A DNA stretch of 64,000 nucleotides from the NCBI GenBank assembly GCA_965195285.1, contig CBDAFS010000043.1:1-64000 (forward strand). Direction: 5' to 3'. The notes beneath the pieces were generated by a model that saw only the letters and a list, made by a program, of their open reading frames with translations, ran no database searches and was not told the origin of the DNA. This DNA is from an uncultured Aminicenantes bacterium. GTDB taxonomy: Bacteria; Acidobacteriota; Aminicenantia; UBA2199. The position numbers were made by a program, and so were the translations under genes. Shown one piece after another: positions 62,156 to 64,000 of this stretch. Every line of letters starts with the position of its first letter. Position 1 is the first letter of the stretch.

Positions 62156-62422
62156 TTGTGCCAGCTTTGTGTCAAATATTTTGGTTAATTTTTAATTTAT
62201 TTTCAATTTGAGTGACCCGTAAGCCTGATTATACCTTACTATATGGGGGTTTTGGGAAATATGCAATATAGACTTCCCATGATTCACCTCAAAGTGAATC
62301 AGCATGACTGACCGAAGGGAGGGAACCGAAGGTGAGTGAGTGATGAACGAGCGAGTAAATCTGCGCGTTGGGGGTTCGACTCCCTCCGGGCGTATATTGA
62401 ATTATCAAGGGTTTCCAGCCCT
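62156..62422 (+). repeat. Third att copy with attP-like layout, interrupted by an 81-bp insert
   Basis: Right-end arm 62156-62276, insert 62277-62357, tRNA 3' part 62358-62394, left-end arm 62397-62422 (25/26 versus 49336-49361). Confidence 0.9.
62277..62357. mobile_element. Small hairpin-rich insertion in the att core
   Basis: Replaces the G of CTTCGAA; contains TGATTCAC/GTGAATCA stem and ACCGAAGG twice. Confidence 0.6.
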
Positions 62423-62446
62423 CAGTCACCCACAACCAGTGCCGCA

Positions 62447-62656
62447 GGTTCGACTCCGCTCATCGGCTTTTTAAAAACCTTCAAAACCCTCATCATTAAG
62501 TCATCTTCAGGATTTTGTCTCCAAAAGTATCTTTACTGAATATTGCCGGATATTACCGATATTTAGGACCGGTTTGTATTTATGGTCCCAAATGAGGTTG
62601 GTAGCGGTTCGACTTGTCCCATCGGTTCTCCCTCCACCCCTAAAACCCTCATCATT
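62447..62656 (+). repeat. Two degenerate 51-bp direct repeats beginning with a tRNA-like 3' end
   Basis: GGTTCGACT-N5-CATCGG-N16-AAAACCCTCATCATT at 62447 and 62606, ungapped, 159 bp apart. Confidence 0.65.
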
Positions 62657-62834
62657 CAAGCCTTTCACCTCGTTTCCCCAATTTCCCTCCATATGGCCTG
62701 ACCAATAAGGTATCCGCTCCTGTCTTTCTGGGCTCAGTTCTACCTGATTCTTATCACACATTATGACCTCCAAAAAAATATTTCTGTCGGCCTCATTATC
62801 CCACACCACTCCCACCTTGCAAGATGTACTTTAA

Positions 62835-62863
62835 TTGACGCTTACTATTAAGAAATTTATAAT
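62835..62863 (+). promoter_or_regulatory. Sigma70 promoter of the lipoprotein gene
   Basis: TTGACG-N17-TATAAT. Confidence 0.65.
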
Positions 62864-62949
62864 AAAATCATAGATTTTAGATTTTTAATATGCTACGATT
62901 GTATGAGGAAAAATGGATTTAGCAATATCTATTAAAAGGAGGGAAAAAA

Positions 62950-64000
62950 ATGAAAAACAAAATTCTAATGGTTTCTGCATTATTTATTGCATTAATATTT
63001 TCTATATTGTTTGTTTCATCTTGTGCATCTGTTGATATTGTTACTTTTGAAAGAGAACCGGAATATATTTACGGCACAGGGAGTGGACAGACGACAACAG
63101 AGGCAAAAGAATCTGCCCGGAATGATCTTATCGCTTCTGCCCTTGCTGAAACACAAGCAACTCAGTCCCATTTAAGGTCAAAACCAATTATCACTTCTGA
63201 AATGGCAGAATCTTTTAATCTGCCTAAATTATCTCCATATACTACAGAAAAAAAAGCAGGAAAGGTTTTTGTTGTCTTTCGCCTGAAACGGTCCAAATGG
63301 AAAGAAATTAAAGATGGCCGGGAAGCTATCCTGCGGTCAGAATTGACAGCTGAATTTGGTAATTCGGTGCTCAATAGTGAAAAATCCAGTTTAGACCGCC
63401 TGAATGTTGCAGTTGCTATTCTTTCCCGACTTTATAGTGAGGGTCTTTATTCCTCCTTGACAACAACTAAACAAGGATCGATTTTATTTTCTGATTCCAT
63501 CATAAACTGGTTCAAAGAACATCTGTCCTCAATTCAACCTACAGTGATGCTTGATAAGAACTTTATCAATGATGATTCTGTATTGGAAATCACTTTTCAT
63601 TCCGCTGATGGAAAACCCATAGCGTCTCTCCCTCTTTCAGCCAAATGGAAAGCTCCTGAAGTAGAAACAGAGGAAGAAATATGCCTTACGGATTCTAAAG
63701 GGATAGTCTCTCTTAAATTTCCGAATGACTCTGACCTCAAAGATAAATTTGTTACCCTCGTTCTGACGCCCGCTTTTTCTAAAAAAAGTGATGATACTCT
63801 TTTTCTTAAATCTTTAGATACTGCCCTAGACTGGGAATTTCAATTCCGTCACTTTACGGATATTTATAAATTCTTTATAAATGAAATAAAAATTCCAGGC
63901 GGAGAATTCACTGCTGGTGCGGTTAAACAGGACAGACGTGCCGAAGCAGATGAAGAGTCAAGAAAAGTAGAAGTTCGAGCTTTTAGTATTGACAAGTTCC
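62950..64000 (+). CDS. Lipoprotein with LPP20-like N-terminus and start of an FGE-sulfatase domain, 3' end outside window
   Basis: Not in the ORF track. SD AGGAGG, MKNKILMV..VSSC lipobox, YIYGTGSG..EAKESARNDL, IKIPGGEFTAG..VEVRAFSIDKF. Confidence 0.85.
   Translation, partial: MKNKILMVSALFIALIFSILFVSSCASVDIVTFEREPEYIYGTGSGQTTTEAKESARNDLIASALAETQATQSHLRSKPIITSEMAESFNLPKLSPYTTEKKAGKVFVVFRLKRSKWKEIKDGREAILRSELTAEFGNSVLNSEKSSLDRLNVAVAILSRLYSEGLYSSLTTTKQGSILFSDSIINWFKEHLSSIQPTVMLDKNFINDDSVLEITFHSADGKPIASLPLSAKWKAPEVETEEEICLTDSKGIVSLKFPNDSDLKDKFVTLVLTPAFSKKSDDTLFLKSLDTALDWEFQFRHFTDIYKFFINEIKIPGGEFTAGAVKQDRRAEADEESRKVEVRAFSIDKF

Noticed and set aside
62269-62394. Intron-containing functional tRNA
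   Set aside because: 5' half of the tRNA is missing and 81 nt is far too short for a group I intron
62507-62815. 102-aa minus-strand ORF
   Set aside because: Overlies att-scar repeats and has no recognisable motif

Overview
Bacterial chromosomal window, probably from an Acidobacteriota-related lineage such as Ca. Aminicenantes (inferred from pilin, FolD, SecF and TonB style, not from a search). Bases 1-49.2 kb are a compact core region: S8 protease, glycosylation genes, pbpC, sulfatase-like enzymes, a minimal sufCB/SMS pair, a sigma54-type pilin locus with two O-oligosaccharyltransferase-like genes, tldD/pmbA, rpsA-hit-hisS-aspS, folD, tgt-yajC-secDF and tonB-exbBD. From 49.26 kb a tRNA-Arg(TCG) gene is an integration hotspot. 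A 10.2 kb satellite-like element (integrase, two xis-like genes, TerS-like HTH, Rep with intragenic iterons, no capsid genes) lies between exact 50-bp att repeats. It carries candidate defence cargo: an orphan class III nucleotide cyclase, a small protein coupled to a Rad50-like ATPase with a RloC/PrrC-like HEPN-type C-terminus and zinc ribbon, DUF4145 and YaaC-like genes. Downstream come a second att-bounded segment (FGE fragment plus typA), a third attP-like att copy split by an 81-bp hairpin-rich insert in the anticodon loop, two degenerate tRNA-Thr-like att scars and an FGE-domain lipoprotein. All calls come from reading motifs by eye; no searches were run.
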